Counted from the first letter of the whole stretch, positions 9,858 to 20,456 are shown. The stretch is 63,939 nucleotides of DNA, filler included, from an uncultured Acidimicrobiia bacterium (GCA_964347285.1; 14 parts of 14 records of this genome joined end to end with filler, not necessarily neighbours in it), one strand, 5' to 3'. Numbers and translations: made by a program. Notes: generated by a model not told the origin, from the sequence alone.

Positions 9858-11123
9858 TGCGATACCTGAACGACGCCGCCCGTGGCCTCGGAGCCCTCGT
9901 CCTGGTCCTGTTGCTCGTCGTGGGAGTGCCGATCGGGCTGATCGCGTATGTGGGGTGGCCCCTCCCCGCCAACCTTCCGACGCTCGACGAGGTCCAGCTC
10001 GCTCTGCGGAGCGGGATCAACCCCCAGCTCCTGGTCAACAGCCTGGCGGTGATCGTATGGATCACCTGGGCGCAACTCCTCCTCGCCCTCGCTGCCGAAG
10101 CCCTCGCGGCCCTCCGAGGCAGAACAGCGCGTCGCCTGCCAGTTCTCCCCGGCGTGCAGCCAGCAGTCGCCAACCTGGTCGCTGCCATCACCCTGGCCGT
10201 TACTGCGCTGGGGCCACTTCGAGCCCTCCCCGCCGTCGCCACCTCGCTGCCGGTCGTCACCTCATTGGCGCCGGCTCATCCCGCGGTCGATTTCGACCAC
10301 CAGCCGGCAAGCACCCCCGACCCCCCGATCACCTCCCAGCGGCCTCCTTCGGCCGAGTCCGACTGGCCCACCTACCGGGTCAAACGCTTCGACACCCTGT
10401 GGCAGTTGGCCGAGACCACCCTCGGTGACAGCCGACGGTGGCACGAGATCCGCGAGCTCAACATCGGACGGATCATGCCCGACGGCCACCGCATCACCGA
10501 GGCCACCGAGGATCTCACCCCTGGTTGGCTCCTTGTCCTTCCCGACGGGGCACGATCTCCTGCGGAGGCCGACGACACTCGGCACCGGCCGGTCGGAGAA
10601 GTGTCCGTCGAGGGCGGCGACAACTTCTGGACCATCGCACAAGAAGCCCTGGAGACGGCATGGGGACGGCCACCCTCCGACGGCGAGATAGCTGGCTATT
10701 GGCGGCAGCTGGTGGAGGTCAACCGCCACCGACTGCTCCCGCCCCACGACCCGAACCTCATCTATCCCGGTCAAGTCTTTGACCTGCCCTCGGTCCCTGA
10801 CGAACCACAGCCGCTATCGGCCATCCCCTCCGATGTGGACGGCCCTGCCTCGCTACAGGATCCTGCGGACGTGCCTCCTCCAGCACCCGCCACCGCCTCC
10901 GAGATACCCAGACCCGACCTCCCGCCCACCACCGCAACGACTCCTAGCGAGGATGTCCCCTTTGTCGCCGGCGGGCCCGCATCACTCCAAGCGAACCGAG
11001 CCGCGGAGCCGCCAACCGAGATCATCGAGCCGCACGAGATGCCAATGGCAACAGACCAGACGCCGGATGCCGAAGCTGGCGACGCCGTAGACCCTGGGGG
11101 TCTCGCCGGAGAGCTGTTCCCCG
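9857..11123 (+). CDS. Membrane-anchored double-LysM protein (C-terminally truncated)
   Basis: N-terminal TMs; LysM motifs YRVKRFDTLWQLAE...LTPGWLLVLP and VEGGDNFWTIA...PNLIYPGQVFDLP. Confidence 0.85.
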
Positions 11124-11223
11124 NNNNNNNNNNNNNNNNNNNNNNNNNNNNNNNNNNNNNNNNNNNNTTAATTAATTAANNNNNNNNNNNNNNNNNNNNN
11201 NNNNNNNNNNNNNNNNNNNNNNN

Positions 11224-11986
11224 ACGGTTCACTCTGGGACCGTTGTGGGAAGTCGCCGCGTCGACCCACTCCTGGGAGCAGCTCGAGCCCCACCTGGCAC
11301 CGGGTCCGGCTCGTGAGCTGGTGGCCCACGAGCGGGTGGTGCGGGGCGAAGACCTCTCCGAAGCGGAGGTGAGCCGGCACGTCCTCGAACTGCCTCTGCG
11401 GCTGCAGCCCTGGGAGCCCTCCTATGCCGTGGCTTCGTACCGGGCCGACAAGGCTGATTTTCCCGAGCCGGAGCTTCCCCCGCCGAGGGATCGGGCGGCG
11501 CCGTCGATCAGCGGCGAGACGACCGAGGACGTGCCGGCCACCGAGGCGCTCTACGAATTGGTGCGTCCGTGGGTAGAAGAGTCCAACGGGCGGGCCGCTA
11601 CCACTTGCGTGATCGGCAGTGCCGCTTGGGCGACGGCCGCCCTGGCTCCAGCGGCCGAGGTGCGCCGAGCCGAGCTGTCGCCGCGCCAGGCTCTGGCCGC
11701 CATGGCCTGGGTCGGAGCGAGCGGCGGCGCCCACGGCCGCCGCCGGGGCAGCCCGGTGGGCCGCTACAACGCCTGGTGGGTCGGGGCGGCCCTCACCGAG
11801 TTGGCGTGGCCGCCCGACGAGACCCGATTGGGCGAGGCCCTCGGCCGCCTGCGGTGGTACAGCTGGGATCCCGGCGATGTGACCTCGGGGTGGTCCTGCC
11901 ACCTGGCGGTCGAGGACCCGGCCCGTGGCCTGGCCTGGGCCATCGCGGCGCGAGACGAGCTGGTTTCTTCGCCCAAGGGGGCCTAG
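11224..11986 (+). CDS. Conserved actinobacterial hypothetical protein (DUF6183-like, N-terminally truncated)
   Basis: PLRLQPWEP, ASGGAHGRRRG...GRYNAWW, LAVEDP; family name from recall. Confidence 0.55.
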
Positions 11987-12201
11987 GGAATCGGGATCAC
12001 GGCTTCGATGACCGGGACGGTGGTTTCGGGTGGGCCCGACCGGTGCGAGGCCTGCCACCAATCGGAGAAGGCAAACAGGGCCACCATTGCCACCACGACG
12101 ATGATGGCGATCACCGCCAGGATCGTCCGCCGGCGCCGGCGGGCAAGCTCCATCTCGATCAACTCGGGATCGATGGGCAGGTAGCGAGGGTCGATGTCCA
12201 T
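11983..12201 (-). CDS. Small single-pass membrane protein
   Basis: MDIDPRYLPIDP...RRRRR then hydrophobic helix; stop overlaps the convergent gene. Confidence 0.55.
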   Translation of the reverse strand: MDIDPRYLPIDPELIEMELARRRRRTILAVIAIIVVVAMVALFAFSDWWQASHRSGPPETTVPVIEAVIPIP

Positions 12202-12302
12202 GGCGCCTGACCGAACCCTACCGTCCGGTCGGGGCAGCGCCGCGCGGAGCCCCACCAACCGGTCCGGTCGCGCTAGCTTCGATCCGGGAGGAGGTGCACG
12301 CC

Positions 12303-13313
12303 ATGCTGCGCTCCCGCGTCACCGGCATCGGCTCTTTCGTTCCCGAACGGGTGATCACCAACGAGGAGCTGACCCACCTGATGGATACGTCGGACGAGTG
12401 GATCGTCCAACGCACCGGCATCCGGGAGCGGCGCTGGGTCGAGGGGACCACCACCACATCGGACCTCGCCCTGGAAGCGTCGGTCAAGGCGCTGGACTCC
12501 GCCGGGGTGGAGGGGAACGATCTCGACATGATCTTCCTGGCCACGTTGAGTCCCGACCATGACTTCCCGGGCACGGCATGCTTCCTTCAGGCCAAACTCG
12601 ATGTCCCCGGTATTCCCGCCATCGACGTGCGCCAGCAATGCACCGGCTTCATCTACGCGGTGTCGATGGCCGACCAGTACATCCGCACCGGCAGCTCCGA
12701 GAAGGTGCTCGTGGTGGGGGCGGAGATCCACTCCAAAGGCCTCGACGTCAGCACCAGGGGCCGGGCCCCGGCGGTGCCGTTCGGGGACGGAGCCGGGGCG
12801 GTGGTGCTGGAGGCCACCGAGGTGGACGATCCGGCTGCCGATCCCCACGTGCTCTCGACCCACCTCCACGCCGACGGCCACTATGCCAAGGAGCTGTGGC
12901 TCCAGGCGCCGTCGCAGGCCTACGACGGCCCCCGCATCAGCCACGATGTCCTCGATCGGGGCGAGCACTTCGCGGTGATGAACGGGCGCAGCGTGTTCGT
13001 ACATGCCGTCAAGCTGATGCCGGAAACGATGCTGGAGGCGCTGAACGCCAACGGGTTGGGACCGGACGATGTCGACCTGTTCGCCTTCCATCAGGCCAAT
13101 CTGCGGATCAACGAGCAGGTGGCCCGCCACCTCGGAATCGCCGGGGACAGGGTGTACAACACCATCCAGCGCTTTGGCAACACGACGGCGGCCACCATCC
13201 CGCTCGGGCTCGACGAGGCGGTCAAGGAGGGAAGGCTCGAGCCGGGGATGCTGGTGGGCTCGGCTGCATTCGGCGGCGGCTACACCTGGGGATCGATGCT
13301 CATCCGCTGGTGA
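12303..13313 (+). CDS. fabH: 3-oxoacyl-ACP synthase III
   Basis: DTSDEWIVQRTGIRERR; Cys-His-Asn triad QQCTGF, HQAN, GNT; GGAGG RBS. Confidence 0.93.
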   Translation: MLRSRVTGIGSFVPERVITNEELTHLMDTSDEWIVQRTGIRERRWVEGTTTTSDLALEASVKALDSAGVEGNDLDMIFLATLSPDHDFPGTACFLQAKLDVPGIPAIDVRQQCTGFIYAVSMADQYIRTGSSEKVLVVGAEIHSKGLDVSTRGRAPAVPFGDGAGAVVLEATEVDDPAADPHVLSTHLHADGHYAKELWLQAPSQAYDGPRISHDVLDRGEHFAVMNGRSVFVHAVKLMPETMLEALNANGLGPDDVDLFAFHQANLRINEQVARHLGIAGDRVYNTIQRFGNTTAATIPLGLDEAVKEGRLEPGMLVGSAAFGGGYTWGSMLIRW

Positions 13314-13362
13314 TTAGCCGCCGGGCCTCCTAGGCTCGGGTCGTCGTAAGGAGAAGGCCCGG

Positions 13363-13542
13363 ATGTCGTACAAGTTCGAGTGCACCAATGTCGTTCCCGG
13401 CTGCGAGGGTGAGGTCCAAGGAGAGACCAGGGAAGAGGTCCTCGAGAAGGCCGCCGAGCACGCCAAGGACGTGCACGGTCTGGCCCCCCTCGACGACGAG
13501 ACCGTCGAGAAAGTGAAAGCGGCGATCGCCGAGACCGCCTAG
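13363..13542 (+). CDS. DUF1059-like small metal-binding protein (59 aa, absent from ORF track)
   Basis: MSYKFECTNVVPGCEGEVQGETREEVLEKAAEHAKDVHGL...; C-x6-C and H-x4-H; AAGGAG RBS. Confidence 0.85.
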   Translation: MSYKFECTNVVPGCEGEVQGETREEVLEKAAEHAKDVHGLAPLDDETVEKVKAAIAETA

Positions 13543-13558
13543 GACCTCCGGCACACCA

Positions 13559-14338
13559 TCAGCGGCCGGCCGGCCCGACCGCAGAGTCCCAGCCGGTCCC
13601 ACCACCGAAGACGACGCGGCCCTCGGCGGCCAGCTTGCGGAGGTGGGCACCGACCGACTGAGCCGCGGCCGGCCGGAGGGCCGGGTCCAGATCTACGTAG
13701 ACCATCTCCACCACCTCTCCAACCGTGACTGCTCCGACATCGAGGGCGGCCAGGATCTGGCGCTCCCGCTCGAGGCGGTGGGCCAGATACTCGGCGATTG
13801 CGGCCGGCGGGTCTTCGATTGGTTCCCCGTGGCCGGGGTAGATGACGTCGATGGCCAGGCCGGCGAGCCGCCGCAGTGAGTCCAGGTAGGCGGCCAGGTC
13901 GTCGATCACGGTGGTCGTTCCCCCCAGGATGTGGTCGCCGCTGAAGAGAACGGGCCCGGCCGCGAAGCACAGGTGGTCGGCGGTGTGGCCCGGCGTGGCG
14001 ATCGCCTCCACTTCGGTGCGGCCGACCGCCACCGCGGCGCCATCGCCGAGTACCCGAGTCGGAACGAAGCCGGGTCCGGCGGCCGCGCCGTAGGCGGGTA
14101 CGCCGAGCTCCTCGGCCAGGGGGTTGGCGGCCGGGGCGTGGTCGGGATGCGTGTGGGTGACCGCCACGCCGACCGCCGCGAACCCGGCGAGGGCGGTGCG
14201 GAGCGCGTCCAGGTGTTGGGGAATGAGAGGACCGGGGTCGAGGACCAGGGCCTGCCCGTCGGCGGCCACGACATAGCTGTTCGTGCCCGGCCCTGTGAAG
14301 GGTCCGGGATTGGGCGCCAGGACGGTGTGGACGCGCAT
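13559..14338 (-). CDS. MBL-fold hydrolase (LACTB2-like, C-terminal winged helix)
   Basis: APNPGPFTGPGTN, THTHPDH, PGHTADH, GDH, PGHG. Confidence 0.9.
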   Translation of the reverse strand: MRVHTVLAPNPGPFTGPGTNSYVVAADGQALVLDPGPLIPQHLDALRTALAGFAAVGVAVTHTHPDHAPAANPLAEELGVPAYGAAAGPGFVPTRVLGDGAAVAVGRTEVEAIATPGHTADHLCFAAGPVLFSGDHILGGTTTVIDDLAAYLDSLRRLAGLAIDVIYPGHGEPIEDPPAAIAEYLAHRLERERQILAALDVGAVTVGEVVEMVYVDLDPALRPAAAQSVGAHLRKLAAEGRVVFGGGTGWDSAVGPAGR

Positions 14339-14376
14339 CGCTAACAGTCTGGTCGGAGTGCTAAGGCGAGTGGACG

Positions 14377-14396
14377 TATCGAACATATGTTCGATA
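14377..14396. promoter_or_regulatory. LexA (SOS) box
   Basis: Perfect palindrome TATCGAACATATGTTCGATA matching actinobacterial TCGAAC-N4-GTTCGA, between TGGACG (-35) and TAGACT (-10) of dnaE2. Confidence 0.92.
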
Positions 14397-14409
14397 GACT
14401 GGACGGCCC

Positions 14410-16651
14410 ATGGCCCGCTACGCCGAGCTGCACTGCCACAGCAACTACAGCTTCCAGGACGGGGCGTCGTGGGCCGACGACCTGGTGACCCGGGCGGCCG
14501 AGCAGGGCTACGCCGCCCTGGCGATCACCGACCACGACGGTTTCTACGGGGCGGTCCGTTTCCACCAGGCCGCTACCGAGGTGGGCCTTCCGGCGGTGTA
14601 CGGGGCGGAGGTGGGGATGCCGAGGCCGCCGGTCGACGACCGGCCATCGGAGAGTCCATCGCCGGTGCGTGTCGTCGTCTCCTCCGCCGAAGGAGAGGAC
14701 CCCGGGGAGAGTGGAGCCGGCGCAGGTCACCCCCATCCCGACCGTCCCTCTCCGGCGGAGGGAACGAGAAGAGGGCGCACCCACCCCATGCACGGCTCGA
14801 AACCGGTCGATCGCCCCGCCACCGACCACCTCGTCCTGCTCGCCCCTTCTCCCCAGGGCTACGCCGCCATCAGCCGGCTCATCACCCGGGCCCAGTTCCG
14901 CGGCCGCAAGGACGCCCCGACGTACTCCTACGACGACCTGGCCGAGGCCTCACGCGACGGCGATCTCGTTGCGCTGTCCGGCTGTCGGCAGGGGGCGATC
15001 AATCGAGCTGCCGCCGACGGCGCCCTGGCCCGGGCCACGGAAGAGGCGGTCCGGCTGCGCGAGCTCTTCAGGGGCCGCTTCTATCTGGAGCTGTGGCACC
15101 ACGGCATGCCCGAAGACGACCCTCGCAACGATCTCGTGTGGGAAGTGGCCCAGCGCCTCCGCCTTCCTGCCGTTGCCACCAACAACGTCCATTACCACGA
15201 CCGCGACCAGGCCGACCTCTCCGAGGTACTGGCCGCCGTCGGGGGCCGGCGCAATCTCGATCTCCACGACGGCTTCCGGCCCGCCACCGACGAGCGCCAC
15301 CTGAAGGCATCCCAAGAGATGGCCCGGCGCTTGGCCCGGTATCCCGGAGTGGTCGAGCGGGCCGCCCGCCTCGGCGAGGATCTCGCCTTCGATCTCCGGC
15401 TGGTGGCGCCCCGCCTCCCCGATTACGGACTGCCCGGTGCGTTCACGACGGAGGCCGAGTACCTCCGCCATCTGGTCATGGAGGGCGCTCGTTCCGTCTA
15501 TCCCGACGGTGCCGGGGGCGTGGACTGGCGAGCCGAGCAGCGCCTCGAGCACGAGCTGGAGGTCATCGAGGAGCTCGACTTCCCCGGATACTTCCTGGTG
15601 GTGTGGGACATCGTCGAGTTCGCCCGTTCCCGCGACATCTACTGCCAGATTCGCGGCTCGGGGGCCGATTCGGCGGTATGCCGCTGCCTCGGCCTCACCC
15701 GGGTCGACCCCATTCGCCTCAATCTCCCCTTCGAGCGGTTCCTGTCCGAGGAGCGCGGCCGGCCCCCCGACATCGACGTCGACTTCGAGGCCGAGCGTAG
15801 AGAAGAGGTCATTCAGTACTGCTACCAGCGCTACGGGCGGGAGCGGGCGGCGATGGTGGCCAATGTCATCACCTATCGGGCTCGTTCGGTCCTCCAGGAC
15901 GTGGGCAAGGCCTTCGGGCTCACCCAGGCCCAGGTGAACGGGCTCACCCGGTACCTCGATACCCGCCGCCCCACCGATCTCGGCTTCCAGCTCGATCTGC
16001 CTCCGGGCCTCACCACCACCTTCATCTACGACATCTGCTCCCGCCTCGACGGCTTCCCCCGCCACCTCGGCATTCACTCCGGGGGCATGGTCATCGCCGA
16101 TCGCCCCCTGTGGAACGTGGTCCCTCTGGAGTGGGGGCGGATGGAGGATCGCTCGGTGCTCCAGTGGGACAAGGACGACTGCGCCGCCATGAGAGTGGTC
16201 AAGTTCGACCTGCTTGCCCTGGGGATGCTCAACGCTCTCCACCTCACCGTGGACACCATCCGCGAGGTCCACGGCGTCGAGATCGAGCTGGCGACCCTCG
16301 ACCAGGAGCCGGTGATCTACGAGATGCTGACCAAGGCCGACACCGTCGGAGTGTTCCAGGTGGAGTCACGGGCTCAGATGGCCACGTTGCCCCGGATGAA
16401 GCCCAAGGACTTCTACGACCTCGCCATCGAGGTGGCCCTCATTCGTCCCGGCCCCATCCAGGGCCAGTCGGTTCATCCCTTCCTGCGGCGGCGCAATGGG
16501 GAGGAGCCGGTGCGCTATCCCCACCCCCTGGCCGAGCCGATCCTGCGCAAGACGCTGGGGGTGCCGGTGTTCCAGGAGCAGCTCATGGAGCTGGCCCGGG
16601 TGTGCGCCGGGTTCACCCCCGGCCAGTCGGATCGGCTCCGCCAGGCCATGA
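14410..16651 (+). CDS. dnaE2: Error-prone DNA polymerase III alpha (C-terminally truncated)
   Basis: YAELHCHSNYSF PHP start, RGSGADS, PDIDVDFE, PRHLGIHSGG, QWDKDD, VFQVESRAQM. Confidence 0.93.
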
Positions 16652-16751
16652 NNNNNNNNNNNNNNNNNNNNNNNNNNNNNNNNNNNNNNNNNNNNTTAAT
16701 TAATTAANNNNNNNNNNNNNNNNNNNNNNNNNNNNNNNNNNNNNNNNNNNN

Positions 16752-16885
16752 CGGCGCCGGCCGGTCCCAACGCCGGCGATGTCGAAGCGATCCTCGAGCA
16801 GATGTTTGGCGAGATCGTGGTCGGCACCGACAAGACGTGTGAGGACCTGGCGGCCGAGTACCAGCCGCAGCTGGACGCGGCTTGA
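16752..16885 (+). CDS. C-terminal fragment, probably ABC substrate-binding protein
   Basis: APAGPNAGDVEAILEQMFGEIVVGTDKTCEDLAAEYQPQLDAA*; position upstream of two permeases. Confidence 0.55.
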
Positions 16886-16929
16886 TGTCAGGCGGTGCCC
16901 TGTAACGACAGGAGCACGAGCAAAGAACG

Positions 16930-16963
16930 GAGCGCCCCCGTCCCATACGGGACGGGGGCGCTC
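16930..16963 (+). terminator. Intercistronic GC hairpin (terminator or mRNA stabiliser)
   Basis: GAGCGCCCCCGTCCC-ATAC-GGGACGGGGGCGCTC, perfect 15-bp stem. Confidence 0.7.
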
Positions 16964-16997
16964 TTGTAATGTCCTGTGACTTGACGAGGTCCGATCG

Positions 16998-17963
16998 ATA
17001 GAAACAACGACCGCTTCCAGACCGACACCCGCCGTCAGACGCCAATGGTGGCGACGAAGCACGCGACCACCGGGGGGGGACAACAAGAACTTCATAGGCC
17101 ACCGCAAGTCGACGCCATACCTCTTCAGCCTGCCGGCGATCATCACGGTGGCCGCCTTGCTTGGCTTCCCGGTCATATGGGGCGTGTGGCAGAGCTTCTA
17201 TCGCGCTCCAACGCTCGGAGCTCCCGTGGAGCGGGTCGGCTTGGAGAACTACGTCGATATGTTCTCGTCCGACGCGTTCTGGCACGCCCTCAACCGGACC
17301 GCGATCTTCGTCACCGGGTCTCTCATCGTGGGTACGACCCTGGGTCTCTATTTCGCGTTTGCCCTGTTCAGAGTGGTGGGAAGGCTCCGATTTCTCCGGG
17401 CCGTGACGGTGGCGCCATACATCATCTCCAATGTCGCAGCCGCAGTGATGTTCCGAATCCTCTTCAACGGTCAGTTCGGCCTCGTGAACGAGGTCCTCGG
17501 CTTCTTCGGGATCGACGGCCCTTCGTGGCTAGCTGATCCCAATCTGGCGATGATCGTCGTGATCTTCACCCAGGTCTGGACCGACCTCCCCCTGACGATC
17601 CTCTTGCTTCTCGGAGGGTTGATGACGATTGACAGGGCCTACCTCGACGCCGCCCTCGTGGACGGTGCCACGGGGTGGACGAGGGCCCGATACGTCACGA
17701 TCCCGCTTCTGGCACCTCAGATCTTGATAAGCACGGTCTGGCTGAGCTATTCGACGCTTACCGGGTTGGGCGTGGTGCTTGCCCTCACCGGCGGTGGGCC
17801 ACTCAAGGCGACGCAGACGATGGCCATGGAGATGTACACAGTGGCTTTCCGAAGCCTCGAGTTCAATCGGGCCCTGGCGCTCGCCACGTTCATATTGATC
17901 CTCAACGCATTGCTCACGCTGGGCTACGTGCTCATCGGCCGACGATACGAGTACGACCAATGA
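16998..17963 (+). CDS. Carbohydrate ABC permease (MalF/UgpA-like); start uncertain
   Basis: PYLFSLPA, VGLENY, EAA loop DAALVDGA, GGP; frame open from 16980, first canonical start 17148. Confidence 0.88.
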   Translation: METTTASRPTPAVRRQWWRRSTRPPGGDNKNFIGHRKSTPYLFSLPAIITVAALLGFPVIWGVWQSFYRAPTLGAPVERVGLENYVDMFSSDAFWHALNRTAIFVTGSLIVGTTLGLYFAFALFRVVGRLRFLRAVTVAPYIISNVAAAVMFRILFNGQFGLVNEVLGFFGIDGPSWLADPNLAMIVVIFTQVWTDLPLTILLLLGGLMTIDRAYLDAALVDGATGWTRARYVTIPLLAPQILISTVWLSYSTLTGLGVVLALTGGGPLKATQTMAMEMYTVAFRSLEFNRALALATFILILNALLTLGYVLIGRRYEYDQ

Positions 17964-18892
17964 CCGGCCAACGGGCTCCCGACGAAGTTCTTGCCGATTC
18001 CACCGCCGAGGCGGTTCAGGCGGTTACCGGGGCTTCCGCCGAGCCGAAGCGGGCGGTCGGGAGTCGAGCCCGCCGAATCCTCAGATCGGTCCTTATCGCT
18101 ATCCCGCTGATTCTGCTCGTCGTTTGGACCCTGGCGCCATTCCTGGTGACGCTGTCGGTCTCGTTCAAAGAACGGGCGGACGTCTTCGCGGATCCGTCGC
18201 TCATCCCGTCGAATCCGAGCCTCGAGGCCTATCAAGAGGTTCTGTGGAGCGAGAGTTTCACCAGCTCTTTTGTGAACAGCCTCATCGTCGGCATAGGCAC
18301 CACCGCACTGACGCTCGTGTTGGGGGTACCCGCCGCCTATGCGTTTGCGAGATTCAGCTTCCGCGGCCGCCACCTGCTCTTGCTGTTCACCCTGCTGCCA
18401 CGCCTGGTCCCCAGCCTGGGGCTGATGGTTCCCATCTTCCGCCTCGCTGCGCTCACCGGGCAGCTGGACAAGCGCAGCACCTTGATCATCGTCTACACCG
18501 CGACGTTGTTGCCGTTGGCGGTGTGGTTGATGGTCGGTTTCTTCCAACAGATACCACGGGAGATCGAGGAAGCAGCAAACGTCGACGGGGCCGGTCTGTG
18601 GCAACGCCTCAGATACATCGTGGCTCCACTGGCCGCGCCGGCCATGATCACCATCGGTGTCCTCGCCTTCCGCGAGGCGTGGAACGAGTTCACACTGGTC
18701 CTGGTGCTGGTCAACACGCCCGGAAAACGGACACTCCCATTCGAGCTCTACCAGATGCAGGGGATCGAAGGCATAGCCAACTTCCCAGGGGAGGCCGCGT
18801 TCACGATTCTCACCATTCTCCCCTTCGTGCTCGTCTACACCCGAGTGGAGAAGTATGTGGTCGCCGGCCTCATTTCCGGATCGGGGAAGTGA
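17960..18892 (+). CDS. Carbohydrate ABC permease (MalG-like)
   Basis: AAYAFAR, IPREIEEAANVDGA, WNEF. Confidence 0.92.
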   Translation: MTGQRAPDEVLADSTAEAVQAVTGASAEPKRAVGSRARRILRSVLIAIPLILLVVWTLAPFLVTLSVSFKERADVFADPSLIPSNPSLEAYQEVLWSESFTSSFVNSLIVGIGTTALTLVLGVPAAYAFARFSFRGRHLLLLFTLLPRLVPSLGLMVPIFRLAALTGQLDKRSTLIIVYTATLLPLAVWLMVGFFQQIPREIEEAANVDGAGLWQRLRYIVAPLAAPAMITIGVLAFREAWNEFTLVLVLVNTPGKRTLPFELYQMQGIEGIANFPGEAAFTILTILPFVLVYTRVEKYVVAGLISGSGK

Positions 18893-18940
18893 GCTTCGCG
18901 TACGGCGACGTAGCCCTCGGCAACTGAGTCGGGCCGTCGA

Positions 18941-20161
18941 TCAGAGAAGCAGACGCTCCTCGTACTCGACCCTCGAGAGAAGATGGGGATCCCCCTCGGT
19001 GATCAGCACCATGTCTTCGATGCGGACACCACCGCCACCACGGACCTCCGGCACCCAGACGAGCGGCTCCACTGCAAAGACCATGTTCGGCTGAAACTCA
19101 TAGGTCGTCGTCCCCGGGAGTGTTTCGCCGATGTATGGGGGCTCATTCGCCCCCATACCGATGCCGTGCCCGATGAACAGGCTGAAGAGGTGGTCCTCCA
19201 GGCCGTGGTCGCCGATCTTGGCGATGATCGCATCGGCACAATCCTGGTTGGTGAACCCGGGGCGCATCTTCTCGATCCCGGCCATCAGTCCCTCGTAGAC
19301 GGCGGTGTATATCTGTTGCTGCTTCTTGGAGGGCGCTCCAACGATCGTGGTCCGACCGATGTCGGCGAAGTAGCCGTTCCACATCGCGCCGATGTCGATG
19401 AAGCAGAGGTCCTGGTTCCTGATGATCTTGTCGGTTGCGAGGCGGTGGGGAGGCGACATGTGCTCCCCCGAAGCCACGAAAGGCGTAGTGACATGTGCCA
19501 TCTCGCCTCCGAGCTGGAAGAGGGTCTGCATGGCATCGGCTGCGACCTCCAACTCGCGCCGCCCGGCTCTGGCCTCGTCCAGGGCACGCTGCGTTACCGA
19601 GTCCCCAATGGCGCACGCTTCTTCGATGACGGCGACCTCGAGGTCCGTCTTGATCCAACGGGCCTGCTGCATGATCGTGTCGCCATCGACAAGCTCCACG
19701 TCCGGAAGGTGGGCCCGCACCGATTCGATGAACGAGATGTTGGCTTGGTCGACCGCCAGCTTGCCCGAAGTCAACCCTCTCTCCCCGAGAAGGGACGTCA
19801 GCGTGCCGGTCACGAACCCGTCAACCAGCTCTCGCTGCTCCATGATGGGGACGGCATGGGCTTCGCCGATCCAACTCATCCCGAAGGCGGCCTTGTCGAC
19901 CTCTCCTCCCGAGGCGAGGAGGATCGGGTCCTCGCCGGATGTGAGCAACGCCCCGTTGAGCGATGTGGTCTTCCCGGCGATCAGCTGAGCGCGCAGCGCG
20001 GTGAGATAGCGGACGTTCTCGTCCTTCCACACCAGCACCGCGTCGGCATCGGAGCTCGCGAGAGCCTGCTGCGCCTTGGCCACCCTCTGGCTGCGCAGCT
20101 CAGCGAAGTCGTAACGGTCCTCCCAATCGACGGCGAAGGGCCCTTTGGCGTATCTATCGAT
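18941..20161 (-). CDS. M24-family (Xaa-Pro/creatinase-like) metallohydrolase; start uncertain
   Basis: Metal ligands IDIG, ADIGRT, GHGIG, VEP, IEDM; in-frame VDWEDRYDF upstream of GTG 20083. Confidence 0.88.
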   Translation of the reverse strand: MDRYAKGPFAVDWEDRYDFAELRSQRVAKAQQALASSDADAVLVWKDENVRYLTALRAQLIAGKTTSLNGALLTSGEDPILLASGGEVDKAAFGMSWIGEAHAVPIMEQRELVDGFVTGTLTSLLGERGLTSGKLAVDQANISFIESVRAHLPDVELVDGDTIMQQARWIKTDLEVAVIEEACAIGDSVTQRALDEARAGRRELEVAADAMQTLFQLGGEMAHVTTPFVASGEHMSPPHRLATDKIIRNQDLCFIDIGAMWNGYFADIGRTTIVGAPSKKQQQIYTAVYEGLMAGIEKMRPGFTNQDCADAIIAKIGDHGLEDHLFSLFIGHGIGMGANEPPYIGETLPGTTTYEFQPNMVFAVEPLVWVPEVRGGGGVRIEDMVLITEGDPHLLSRVEYEERLLL

Positions 20162-20456
20162 GACGGCTCCAGTCGAGCGTGAGAGCAGGCTATATCAAAC
20201 GGGCCAACATCGCCCGGCGATCCAGAAGCCGTCAAAGTCCCCGGTCATCCCGCGGCAGCGGATGATGTGTGGTGACACCTCCGCACCCACGGCAATCACC
20301 ACGAGCCTCTCGCCACCGTGCGATCGTCGCTTCTCGAACATGACGGATCTCCGGCGCGGCTATTCACCCGCAGCGGTCCGGGTGATCGGGTGTCGGCAAG
20401 AATGCGCCCCTGCAGTGTGGGGAGTTCCCCAGATCGATTCGACAGAGAGGTCGACC

